Of a DNA stretch of 43,762 nt, positions 1-11,950 are shown one piece after another (position 1 is the stretch's first letter; every line of letters begins with the position of its first letter). A program made the position numbers and the translations under genes. This DNA comes from Paraglomus brasilianum (Eukaryota), in assembly GCA_910592345.1 (NCBI GenBank), contig CAJVPI010000194.1, forward strand, positions 1 to 43,762. The letters are read 5' to 3'. The notes under the pieces were generated by a model. That model searched no databases, was not told the DNA's origin, and was given only the letters and a program-made list of their open reading frames with translations.

Positions 1-138
1 GGTTATCGATCGAATTAACGTACAAGTCGAATTATCGTCAGTTAATTACAATAGAAATAATAAAAAATGTTCTGTAAACAGTGGTCGAATTAACGTATAA
101 ATCGAATTAAAGAAGGTCAAATTATCGGCAGTTGACTG
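1..138. mobile_element. Terminal part of a pogo/Tigger-type (Tc1/mariner superfamily) DNA transposon or MITE, truncated by the window edge
   Basis: Ends in ...GGCAGTTGACTG followed by TA (139-140), i.e. reverse complement CAGTCAACTGCCGATAATT. Preceded by repeated subterminal motifs (G/A)TC(G/A)AATTA(A/T)(C/A) at about 9, 27, 84, 101 and 116. Confidence 0.7.
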
Positions 139-164
139 TACTAATACCTAATTTGATTATAGTC

Positions 165-318
165 AAGAAATTCCACACATTTTTTAACATCGTACAGTAT
201 ATTCCTATATATAGTATTTAACACAATGCTGACCGGAATTAATGTTGGTTTTTACAATGAAGATTACTCCTTATATAGGAATTATACTGTGCGACGTTAA
301 AAGTGTGGGGGATTTCTT
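165..318. repeat. Imperfect inverted repeat (arms about 47 bp), MITE-like
   Basis: AAGAAATTCCACACATTTTTTAACATCGTACAGTATATTCCTATATA (165-211) matches the reverse complement of 272-318 (AAGAAATCCCCCACACTTTTAACGTCGCACAGTATAATTCCTATATA). The inner part runs TA|CAGT (195) to ACTG (289). Confidence 0.7.
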
Positions 319-435
319 TTATTATTACATATGTAGCAAGAATTTATAAACACGTGGTTACTAAATTTATATAGTAATAGTGGGGATAATCGTAAATCAA
401 ACTTCGGAAGTGTGGCGAAATTTCTCTTCCTCTTT

Positions 436-3222
436 ATGATACTGCGTAGGCCACTATCACGATTGGTAAAGACCTCTACTCAACAAATACGAACTGGCCA
501 TTCATCAGTTGTAGCACTTGGCAAAGCATGTCGGGCAGAGACTACTCAGAAGGAACTCTGGAAAAATTATTTGGCTGTGTTGGAAGATTGTAGACTTGAC
601 GAATTAGACAGACCAACCGTAAGACAATTTCTGAGAAAACTGAGTGGGCTCGATGATGTGGGACAACGAGCCGCCAAAACCACAAAAGTATTGAAAGATT
701 TGGCAGAAATTGGATTTCGCGCTCATCAGGTCGAAAGAAATTACTTAATCGAGGCATATTTACGTGCGAATAAACTTGCCGAAGCGAGGGAAATATTTGA
801 TCGCATACACAGTTTAAGACCACCGTTAGGTAAAGAGTACTGTCCATTCTGCCCTGCCTTTAATATGATGATAGAAGCATATGGGAACAGAGGTGATTTA
901 GAGGAAGCCAGAAAGCTGTACCAGTGTATGTTTGAAAAAGGTGTTAAGCCGAATGCAAAAACGCGATTGATAATAACAGCAATATTTAAGAAAAACTTAT
1001 CACCAACAACGCTTGAATGGTTTCGCGGGCTGATGGAATCCAGATTAATTGATGATGGAACCGGGAAGGAAGGAATAATTGTGTTAACAGACGCGGGAAA
1101 TTTAGATGGAGCCTTAGAACTGTACAACAAACTCAAGTCATTAGGTTATCAAATGGATGCACATGTATATGCTCGTTTGATTAGTCTACTCACGCGATAT
1201 GGACGCTTGGTTGAAGCAATAGATTTGGTTAAAGAGCTTAAGGCGAGCGGTGTTGAGCTTGATACTGTGGCGTATAATGTTATAATAAGAGTGTATATAC
1301 GATCTAACGAACCGGAACAGGCTATTAAAGTCATTGATGAGATGATAGAAGCTAAAGTATATCCAGTTCTTCGTTCATTCGTAATAATGGTTGATGCGTT
1401 TGCTAATGAAGGACAAATTAAGCCAGCATTAATAACATTGAAGAAGATGCGCGATTTAGGCGTAAAGCCAGACGTCTACTTGTACACTTGTCTGATCAAA
1501 TTATTTGCTAACGTTAATGACATCGACGCAATGGAAAAGATGTTTCGCCACATGATAGAGGAAGACTTTGATCCCAATCTAATTACCTATACTATATTAA
1601 TGACAGCTTATTGTCGTAATTACGATATAGAGAAAGCCATTTTGGTTTCTAACGCAATGCTGAAAGCAGGCATAATACCGGATGCCAGATTGTTTAATGC
1701 ATTGATTAGCGTATGTGGCGAAAGAGCAGACTCGGATGGTGCCATGATGTTACTTGATGATATGAAAATGCGGAATATTCCTCCTGATGTTTACACGTAT
1801 ACATCTATCATAAAGGCATTTGTTAAAGCCACAGACATATATGGAGCCGAAAGAGTTCTACAATCTATGATCACTTCAGGAATTAAACCCGAAGCTATGA
1901 CATATAACATATTACTCGATTATTTCGTGGAACAGCGAGACGTTAAGCAAGTGCGACAGATTTATGAAGAGATGTTATATGCTGACGTCCGTCCGGACAT
2001 CAATACTTATGGCTGCTTAATGCAAAGCTTTTGTTCTATAGGAGACTTCAAAGCAGCCTTTGAACTTCTCACACACATGGAAAATGTAAACGTAAAACCA
2101 GATGTCCAAATTTATACGATACTTATAAACGCGTACATGCGTCGGCGTGACTTTGTTGCAGCCGAGCGAATATACGAAACAATTATTTCTAAGGGCTTCC
2201 TACCTACTTACTTTACATACGCAGTACTCATTGATGGCCATGCCAGAAAAGGGGATTTTGGCTTCGCAAGGAAGCTTCTAGACGAGCTTATTGCTCATTC
2301 CGAGTTGGAATCTCAAGCTTCTGAATTAGTAAGACACAAGGCATTTCCACAATATTTGTTTACTCCAATAATGGATGCATATGCTAAGCAAGCTCAGAGT
2401 GATGGAGCGCGTGAGATATTCGAGGAGATGGTGTTACTTGGTGTTAGACCAAACGAATATGTATATACTATACTAATGGATGGATATCGTCGTGGTGGAA
2501 ATTACGAAGCGGTGTGGCAGATGTGGAAAATATTACTTGGAGAATTTGGGGATAAGTCCCTATTATCAACTAAAATTGTATTGCCAACAAGACCTGTCAA
2601 AGGCGATCCCGAAACAGCTGAGAGAAGTCGGATGGGATTTGAAAAAATTCTTCCGCAGATCGCATCGTTCTCCCCAAAGTCACGAAAGATTCCCCTTCAT
2701 TCGTTATCTATACTATTGGAGACACTTACTGCAGCAGGAAGATATGACTTGATAGAGCAAGAATGGCAACGATTGCACAGTCAGGGCTTTGAATTTGATG
2801 CACATAATTATAATCACTATGCCCAGTCTCTTATTGCATCTGGAAATATCTTGAAAGCATGCGTTATTATAAAGGATCATCTTATCAAAGGGTGGGATAG
2901 TCGTTTAGCACATTGGCGACGAACAGCAACGGGTACACATTTTGAAAAGAGACAACAAAAAGCAAAATTAATCGAGCAGAGCACTTCACTTTATCCCCAT
3001 AGAAAGACGCTTATGATGCTTAAGAAAGTGTTTGATCAGTTGCGTAATGGAGAATGGGATAGCTTAAATGTTGGTATAGACCAAAAACCTGGTAACGAAC
3101 TTTGGACACATATTACGGAACACTACAGTGATATAGTGGCAAGCGTTGAAGAAATGAACGAGTTTACCGAGTGGGAGCGAAGAGATCAGACAATGTATGA
3201 ACATACGAGAAGATCGGTATAG
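436..3222 (+). CDS. Mitochondrial pentatricopeptide-repeat (P-class PPR) protein, Pet309/CYA-5-like, 928 aa, intronless
   Basis: First ATG in the ORF is at 436. The N-terminus MILRRPLSRLVKTSTQQIR is Arg/Ser/Thr-rich with no acidic residues (presequence-like). About 17 35-aa PPR motifs, e.g. YTYTSIIKAFVKATDIYGAERVLQSMITSGIKPEA. The C-terminal WQRLHSQGFEFDAHNYNHYAQSL...GW block is recalled from Pet309/CYA-5-type proteins; that subfamily call is inference. Confidence 0.9.
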   Translation: MILRRPLSRLVKTSTQQIRTGHSSVVALGKACRAETTQKELWKNYLAVLEDCRLDELDRPTVRQFLRKLSGLDDVGQRAAKTTKVLKDLAEIGFRAHQVERNYLIEAYLRANKLAEAREIFDRIHSLRPPLGKEYCPFCPAFNMMIEAYGNRGDLEEARKLYQCMFEKGVKPNAKTRLIITAIFKKNLSPTTLEWFRGLMESRLIDDGTGKEGIIVLTDAGNLDGALELYNKLKSLGYQMDAHVYARLISLLTRYGRLVEAIDLVKELKASGVELDTVAYNVIIRVYIRSNEPEQAIKVIDEMIEAKVYPVLRSFVIMVDAFANEGQIKPALITLKKMRDLGVKPDVYLYTCLIKLFANVNDIDAMEKMFRHMIEEDFDPNLITYTILMTAYCRNYDIEKAILVSNAMLKAGIIPDARLFNALISVCGERADSDGAMMLLDDMKMRNIPPDVYTYTSIIKAFVKATDIYGAERVLQSMITSGIKPEAMTYNILLDYFVEQRDVKQVRQIYEEMLYADVRPDINTYGCLMQSFCSIGDFKAAFELLTHMENVNVKPDVQIYTILINAYMRRRDFVAAERIYETIISKGFLPTYFTYAVLIDGHARKGDFGFARKLLDELIAHSELESQASELVRHKAFPQYLFTPIMDAYAKQAQSDGAREIFEEMVLLGVRPNEYVYTILMDGYRRGGNYEAVWQMWKILLGEFGDKSLLSTKIVLPTRPVKGDPETAERSRMGFEKILPQIASFSPKSRKIPLHSLSILLETLTAAGRYDLIEQEWQRLHSQGFEFDAHNYNHYAQSLIASGNILKACVIIKDHLIKGWDSRLAHWRRTATGTHFEKRQQKAKLIEQSTSLYPHRKTLMMLKKVFDQLRNGEWDSLNVGIDQKPGNELWTHITEHYSDIVASVEEMNEFTEWERRDQTMYEHTRRSV

Positions 3223-4087
3223 AGTTTCACAATAAGGAGAAGAGGAGGTAAGTTGTCATTGGGAGTGTATGTCCATAGATCTTTTGGTTAGAATTTGTAC
3301 TAATCAATCCTCGAGCACAGCGGTCTAATTAAAAGTCCCAATGCTATTGGAATAGTAAAAATCATCAATATTGCTATAGCGAGTTCTCCTAGTCTACAAC
3401 GTTCTCATGCACAGGCATATATTAATAATCGCACATAATTTGGCTAAGCGCGTTGCATTCTTAGAAACATGGAGGCAATAGCGTAATAATATGCGAGTCG
3501 ATAAACCTCTTGACGCGACAAGTGAAATTCACCTTAAAAAATAAATAGTTGAAATTCAAGGAAGACACCAATTCCTTTTATTAACCTTTGGTTTTATGTT
3601 AATATTCTTTCTTTATATTTTATAGGCATCCAAAATGATTATCATCGTCTTAAGGTTTTCACCTTATTCCTTTTTAAACCCCATAGCGATAGTGCAAAAC
3701 AATGATTTCAAACCAGTATTCTGTATGTCTTAATCTATTATGTGGATCATCAAACGCAATGGCTGCACATGGACTCCATTTGGCGTGTTTCGATGTATTT
3801 TAATCATCCTAGTACTAGCAAGTTTGTCAACTGGATAACATGCAACAGTTTACCAATGAAAGAGATAATGGTTTGGTGAAAATTACCAGATAGAGTGCAA
3901 GTATTGGTGCATGTGTGGATTCAATATGTACAGCGCCATCGAGCTGAATTTCAGAATGAGAACTTCCTGTTACGAAACGAAATATAATTTCAGTTTGATT
4001 ATCTCTGAGATATTCATGTTGACAGTTTGACGGCATCACAATATTTAATTGCGTATTATACAGATTTAAACTGGACAGTACTAATAA

Positions 4088-5429
4088 TTAAGTTAATTGC
4101 GGTTCTGCGGACAAGCTATTCTTAATCCTGAGCAGAATTGTAGTCATCCAATTATCCAAGTGTTTTCGCGCATCATATTCTTTGACTTTTTGGGTCAGAA
4201 AATCAGGATCTTGACTCTCGACGGCAGTTAAGATATCCTAGGTTTGGATAGAAGACGAGCCAGTGATTAAATCATAAAATAAATACACTGTATTTTCTCT
4301 TAATAATGATATTTGTATATCATACCTTTAAGAATGTGCATTGCATTTCTTGACTAAAACTGTAGTCCATTTCAATATATCTATTAAGGGCTCTTTGTGC
4401 GCCGATGACATCTCCATTGGCAATGTGACACAGCCCTGCCTTCAAGAAATAATCCCTCACTGACCATTTCGTCAATTGATTATCAATGCTTGCCGTAGCA
4501 ACTTGCTCAAACTTCTCGATAGCCTTGTCATATTGTTCTAGTGTAGCGGCAAAGTGTGCAACTTTCACGAGGCAATTATTAGCCAGTCTATTGGAGAAGA
4601 TAAAATGAAGATGTCAACGTTTCCAAAACAACATCGTGAGCGTAGAAAAAATAATAATCTTTCATGGCCATTTAAGACATTTTGCCGCATCAAAATTTCG
4701 GCTGTTGATCTTCAGATCCAACATAATATCTGCATACGTACGCTGTGGCTTCTTCGGCGGCGTACCAATCCGCAGCTAATTCATACGCCTGAATTGCCCT
4801 ATCTAGATCAATCAGTTCAGATTCATATATCTGAGCAATCTCCTTCTGATGACCAGCAGCACTCTGAAACCGTCCACGATCAGTAAGAATCTCGATCGCT
4901 GACTTTAACGCCATTATAGACTCTGTTATACCACGATCAGTATTAAATAAAAACGATTTAAATGGAAATATAAATATAACAAGAGGATCAACAATAAATA
5001 GTATTACAACCTTCAGGGCATCCTTTCTTATAGCACTTTGAAGCTGCAATATAAGTCATAGCAGCTTCATCCCGTTCATTTAGTTGTATTTGCATCTGAG
5101 CTGATTTCATGAATGCGTCGCCTGCTTCTTTCCCTAATTATCCAAATTATCAACATATAAGAGAATTCACTCAAAGATTGAAACAACTTGCACTTACTGA
5201 AGCACAATAAATCAACTCTGTCCAACGTAAAATTCCGTCCTTTACCATGCCACCCTCTCTAATGCAGCAGGACCAAAGTCAACTTACATCGTTTACCCAA
5301 TTTAAACGTATTGGCTGCTTTATTATACAACTCTGAAGCCTCCTCAAACTTATTTCCGCCAAACCACCCAAGAGAGGCGGCTTTCTTATCAGCTTTGGCA
5401 ACGAGTGCTTGAGCTTCGTGCTCAGACAT
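4088..5429 (-). CDS. SEC17: Alpha-soluble NSF attachment protein (alpha-SNAP), 5 exons, about 285 aa
   Basis: Exons 5429-5288, 5133-5011, 4922-4742, 4587-4326 and 4237-4088 join in frame through GT-AG introns. Motifs FGGNKFEEASELYNKAANTFKL, GRFQSAAGHQKEIAQIYE, LTKWSVRDYFLKAGLC and LDNWMTTILLRIK. Confidence 0.95.
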
Positions 5430-5669
5430 GATTACAAGTAACAATTAAGTGTGTGAGAATTCAAAATCTAGTCAGTCTCACATGGCCAGACTTCTAGAAA
5501 CTGCAGTTACACACTAAATGCCCAACCAATCAAAACCATTACCACATCTCATTTCTTTCTCGTGATCAACGAGCTACACCTAATAATACCATTCTCCTAG
5601 CTGCTTCGTCGTCTGGTCACAGAAGAACGTCGCGTTCGCGTCCATTACTATTACGAGAAATTATTCAAC
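5430..5669. promoter_or_regulatory. 240-bp bidirectional promoter between SEC17 and SMC1, with tandem TCGCGT motifs
   Basis: Divergent ATGs at 5429 and 5670. TCGCGTTCGCGT at 5630-5641 (ACGCGA twice on the minus strand) is an MCB/SCB-like CGCG core. Confidence 0.55.
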
Positions 5670-8600
5670 ATGGGCCGGCTAGTTCGTCTTGAACTGGAAA
5701 ACTTTAAGTCTTACAAGGGCCATCAGACTATTGGGCCTTTTCTTAATTTTACTTCAGTAATAGGGCCGAACGGTGCAGGTCTGTTACACTACAACTTCTC
5801 TACAATTGAAGGGATCCAGAAAAATAAGGGACAAAGCAGTGTTATACAAAAAAGAAGGCATTTAAATTACTGTCTAACTGGCTTAGAAAACAAATAAAGT
5901 GCTTGCAAATATAAATACCGAGATACATGCTACGTCCGGCATCAGTAATCATTGTAAATGATTTTTTTTTGGCTTTTCATTGTCACATATCCAGGCAAGT
6001 CCAATCTAATGGACGCGATATCCTTTGTTCTGGGAATCAAATCCGCGCAACTACGTTCATCACAACTACGCGATCTTATATACAGAGGCCGGGCAATGCA
6101 TGAAGATGATGACGAGGATGGAGATGTTACAGCTATCGAAGGACGCGCCAATAATCCAAAGCGTGCATGGGTTATGGCTGTCTATCAAGATGACAATGGA
6201 AACGAAATCAAGTTTGCTCGAACGTAAGTTAACATCTCAAAGTATCTTCAGCACTCTCCCAGCTAACCATATTTACCTTTAGGATAACAACATCAGGTCC
6301 AAGTGAATACAAGATTAACAATAAAGTGGTGACATATCAAAAGTATAATGAAGCATTGGAAAAACAAAATATTCTTGTGAAGGCTAGGAACTTTCTTGTC
6401 TTCCAGGTAAATAACCATGCTTGAGTATATTAAATATGAGGAATTTACAATTATAATTTAAATTAGGGAGATGTCGAAGCCGTTGCATCACAATCTCCGA
6501 AAGATTTGACACGATTAATTGAGCAAATCAGCGGGTAAGCGATTCTGTGTATATCTGGACAATTAAACCTTGGATATCTTCTCACCACCTTCCTATGAAA
6601 GATCAGCAGAATTAAAAGTCGAATATGAACAATTGAAAGTACAGCAAGAGCGTGCGACAGAAAATTCCGCATTTAATTTCAACAAAAAGCGCGGCATCAA
6701 TGCTGAAATTAAACAATATCAAGAACAGAGAGCAGAAGCAGAGAGATTTGAACAATTACAGAATGATAAGGTTTATATTGACAACAATTGTCTTTATCAT
6801 TTTTCAGGGCTAACTAATTCGCTATTTGATTAGACCCAGCTCACCATAAAATATTTGCTCTGGAGACTCTATCACATTGACAAGCAAATAAAAGAGTCAA
6901 GAAAGGAAATGAGTAGTCAGGGCGAAAAAATTACTGCCAAACAAAAAGAACAGGTAGTTATTAAACTATATATAAAAATATATTATTTTGTTATTGATAT
7001 AATTTTGTTGCTTGTAAAGGAAAGGATCGACCGACAGCTCAGAGATGCGAGAGCAGAGCAGGCGAAAGTGCATAGAACGCACTATCAATTGGAAAGGGAC
7101 ATTTTGACGAAAGAAAGAGAGCTAGAAGATAAGGTAATGTGATGCAATGATTTAAAGACGGAAGCGCTTAAATACGTTAATACTAGCAATATCTTAACAA
7201 ACAATGACTTTATTGCAGAGACCAGAACTACTAACATTAGAAGAAAAAATTATTCATTCGAATAAGAAAATAAAGCACTATGAAGTAAATGCTGAGAAGA
7301 TTGATCAGGATTATAAAAAACAGGTGAATATTTGTTAGCGCTTTTCTGCAAGTTTGACCTAACGGGATACTCATTGGCGACTGTATTCTATTAAAGACCC
7401 AGCATGTCGACAAGCTAAAACGAGATTTGGAAGAAATCACTTCAGCGGCACGGAGATATGAAGGTGGATATCAGATATTGTGGCTGTGAAACCATTTAAA
7501 CGCATTCTAACAGACAATCGTTTGGTTAGACTCTTTAAAGTCTGGCAGTAGTAGTGCGAGCGGAAGGCTCAGCACAACCGATTTGGCAGAATATAACAAA
7601 AGGCAAGAATAACATCCGTTGGTCAACAAACATAAATTAATTGCTATCCGTGTGTCTATGTAGCGTTCTAACTCTTTAATTGTAATCAGAAAAGAAGAAG
7701 TTAATCGGCAGATGCTCAAAGAAAAACAGCAGTTAGAAAATCTTAGACGTCAGCAGAAAACCAGCAGTGAAGCCACTCAACGTTTGAAAGAAAAGTTATC
7801 CGAACTTTCTAGACGTCGTCAGCAAATTATGGAAGAAAAAGATGCTTCACTTAACGCCAAGGAAAAGGTTCGAAATCGAATAGATTTATGAATCTTTGAA
7901 AATGTACAATATGATTGTTAATACGCAGCACTATTTAGGTTGCAGGCTATGTTGCCCAATTGACTACAGATCTCGAAAATCAAAGAAATGATTTACATAA
8001 TGTGGTTAATGAGCGAAATAGAATAACGTAATTGTTTGTCATTATTATTGTTTTAGTTGGGATTCTATTTGTTTCTTTTATTAACGCGGCTTTTTGTGAC
8101 CGTCCGCAAGCAAACGCGAGAGCGAGCTCAATGCACAACTCCATGTCATTCTTAACCGTCTTAACGATGCTCGAGTTGATCAGCGGGAATCTGAAAGAGA
8201 GGCTAGAATGAAGGAATCTCTGAACAGCCTGAAAAGGGTATTTAGTGGTGTATATGGTCGCTTTATTGACCTTTGCCAGCCAACTCAGCGCAAGTACGAA
8301 GTTGCCACTTCTATAATACTTGGAAGGAACATGGACGCTATTATAGTAGCTACCGAGAAAACTGCCATTGAATGCATTCAAGTAATTTGTCTTATTACTT
8401 TGTTGTCAGGTTCTAATAAATTCATCTTAATGTTGAATATTTGATTCTATTAAGTACATGAGAGAGCAACGCCTTGGCCATGCGACTTTTATTCCACTCG
8501 ACACAATAGCTGTCAGGCCGATCAACGATAAATATCGTAGCCTGATGAAAGGTGCAAGATTGGCGATTGATGTTATTGAATACCCAGATGAGCTTGAGCG

Positions 8601-11401
8601 TGCTTTACAGTATGCATGTGGAAATACTCTTGTTTGCGACGATTTGGAGATAGCAAAGGCTATTTGCTATGGTAGGAACCAAGAAGTAAAAGGTAGTATT
8701 TACATCCTTGCTTATTTTTGAGATTAATGAGAAATAAGGTAATCTTAGTTTGGGAATGATCTGTGGAAGTTGCTTGTTAATTTTAGGATTTGAAACTATT
8801 TTATATTATTTATCTGTAGCTGTAACTTTGGATGGTACTATTATTCATAAGAGCGGTTTGATCACTGGCGGTAGAAGCGGTATCGAAGCAGGTGCACAAA
8901 GGTTTAAGGAGCAGGAAGTAGATGGTAAGATGTATATTATCTAATTGCCTCCACGTATACCGAACAAGCATATTAACACCGAGTTATTATAATGTTTTGT
9001 AGCATTACGACGCAAAAGGGATGCATTCCTGGCTCAACTTAACGAGATAACCAAGCTTAGGCGAAAGGGCCATTCAGAAGAACAAATGAAAGGCGAAATA
9101 TCAGCAGCTGAGCAGAAATTATCTCTATTCCGTGATGATCTGGTAATCGATAAAGCTTCGTTAGAACAAGTCTATCATACTATTGACCTTACTTACGCGA
9201 GTTATTTTGTAGGATAATATTGTCCGTAAACTGGCATCATTAGAAAGCGAACTACGTATTATTGAGGACGAGATTTTACAAGTTACCCCTAAACATCAAC
9301 AAGTATGTTTTGACAAATATGATACGGTTTAATATTCTCCTTCCTCAATTACTGACAACTTTACAGTCCCAAGTTACTTTAACACAGTTAGAGAACCAAA
9401 TACAGACCATCGAAAAAGCCATTCACAGTGAAGAGGATGCGATTTTTGCTGATTTTTGCAAAAAGATCAGCGTGGGAAACATCAGAGAATATGAGCAACG
9501 ACAGCTCAAAATGGCTCAGGAAGCCGCTGAAATGAGATTGCGGTTTACTACACAGCAGTCTCGATATCAAAATCTGTGAGTTGATATATCGCGAGTTTAT
9601 TTTTCGTGCTGGAAAAGTCTTCTAATCAAGTCTCCCAACAGTTTAACATTCGAGACTGAACAGCTGAAGGAGACTGCAGATCGTCTTCAAAAAATACGAG
9701 AATTTATGTCTAACGATAAAAAGTTGTTGGCGAATTTTGAGCGACGGCGTAACACAATGCTTGCTGATAACGAGCGTGTTAATAACGAAATTGCAGAACT
9801 TCGTCACGATCTTGATCGGACAAAGGAAGAATACGAAACCAAGAGTGAAATAGTGAATAATTTGAGAAAAGAGTTAGCTCAGAAAACGAGAGAAGTGGAT
9901 AAAATGTTGAAAGACATTTCCAATAGGGTGAGTGTTCTGATGAAGTCTTAATTACTCGTTAAGATTCTGATCCGATAAAGATTATAAATGATCTTTTACA
10001 GGAAGCCGATGTCAAGAAATGTAGCACAGATCAGTTCTTTATATTTCGTAAATGTAAATTGGAAGACATTGATATACCTTTGCTCTCGGGTTCTATTGAA
10101 AATATTCCATTGGAAGACTCTGTAAGCTTTCAGTTTGCTACATTCCATAGCATTTGAGTCATTGAATTCCCCGTCTGACTATTTTTTTTATCTATATAGT
10201 CTTTACAAGACGGTGACCCAATGGATTTAGATGATGGCCAACCATCCGGCAGTCGAGCTAATACTAGATCTGCGGCACGAGCTGCTCGAGGTGAGACCAA
10301 TTGGAATGTCGAGGTTGACTATTCTGGGTTGGATCGAGAACAGAAGGAGGTAAGCACATAGTTGAAAAGTTGTTAAGGTCAACTAATAATGTCTTAACAT
10401 ATTTTATCCATCCAGGATGATTCACCTGAAACGGAGCAAAAGTTTTTGAAGGATATACAAGAGAAGGCGACCGAGATAGAGCGAGTTGCACCTAATTTAA
10501 AGGCTATTGAACGGTAAGCCAAGTTACTGTTAATAAACCCGACCAGAATACTAAGTATAAGCCCTGTACGCAGGTTGGATGGAGTGGAACAGCGTCTACA
10601 TGAGACAGAAAGAGAATTTGATAGTGCAAGAAGAGAAGCGAAAACTGCAAAGGAAAAATTTAATGCTATAAAGCAAAAACGGTAACACTTTCAGTATACA
10701 TTATTTACCGTTAGCATTACAGCATCGATTGAAGTGAGTTTGCGTTCTAGGTACAAACGTTTTTACGATGCGTATAGTCATATTGCTGAGCGCATTGACC
10801 AAATATACAAAGATCTCACTAAAAGCCGTAACTTCCCTCTTGGGGGGACGGCTTATCTTAGTTTGGAAGATACAGAGGTACGTTGAATATTTCATCAAGT
10901 CACACTATGGGACAGTTATGACTGTCCACGTACATTATTTCATTTAATTAAATGATGACACGTCGCTTAGGAGCCGTATCTTGATGGTGTAAAATACCAC
11001 GCAATGCCACCGATGAAACGTTTCCGTGATATGGAACAGTTGTCTGGCGGTGAGAAGACGATGGCGGCCCTTGCATTGCTCTTCGCCATTCACAGTTATC
11101 AGCCGTCGCCGTTCTTTGTGTTAGATGAGGTCGACGCTGCTTTGGATAATACCAATGTTGCTAAGATAGCTAATTATATTCGAGAGCACGCGTCGGACAC
11201 GTTTCAGTTCATTGTCATTTCACTAAAGAGTACATTGTATGAGAAAGCGCAGGCGCTAGTTGGGATTTATAGAGATCAGGATGTTAACAGTAGCAGAACA
11301 CTTACATTGCAGGTAAGGCTTTCGGTAATCTGGGGAAGATTTGGTAGCTCGTTTGATTCTAATAATTATTTATTATGTAGTTGGATAAGTATGAAGAATA
11401 G
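5670..11401 (+). CDS. SMC1: Cohesin subunit SMC1 (structural maintenance of chromosomes 1), 26 exons
   Basis: Walker [20 protein letters not shown]; hinge region [12 protein letters not shown]...[10 protein letters not shown]...[18 protein letters not shown]-terminal head [20 protein letters not shown] and [13 protein letters not shown]. Last exon is 11381-11401 (LDKYEE*). All 25 introns phase correctly; one is GC-AG (7603-7689). Confidence 0.97.
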
Positions 11402-11950
11402 TTGAATAAACAGTCTATGCAAATAATGCACTTCGATCACAACATCTTGTTCTTATTTATTTCTATGTGGTATTATCGGTCAGTATCACGATAGATATCA
11501 ACCTACATATATTGGATTCGCTGATCGTTAAACTCGCTTTGTAGAATCATGGACAGTAAAAATACAGCAGAAACGTCACAGATGTCATGACTTGGAATAC
11601 TTTGATATAGCAGCACCCTTCGTTCTCTTTATACTCTATCACAAACTATTTAACTGCAATTGACGATGTTCGCCCAACGCACCAGTATTTCGCATGACCC
11701 ACGTTTTTCGGTGACGTAACGTTCATCTGGAATAAAACGTAAAGATAGACAAACTGGATACGTGAACATACAAGATGCAGTCGTATTGTTGTGGCATTGT
11801 CTGTAACACAAGTCTTTCGGGACTTTTAGAAGTACATTAATAAAATTACGTCTTGGTGCCGGGTGTTTAGGAAATGTATGCCGCGGATCCTAATGATGCG
11901 AACAACTATACTGTTCCTTTATTAATAAAACCGACGATATCTATAATAAC

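Noticed and set aside
412..435. ORF-track start of the PPR protein at GTG 412 (and similar non-ATG starts, e.g. 12802)
   Set aside because: This is a eukaryotic locus. The first ATG (436; 12772 for the nucleotidyltransferase) gives a sensible N-terminus.
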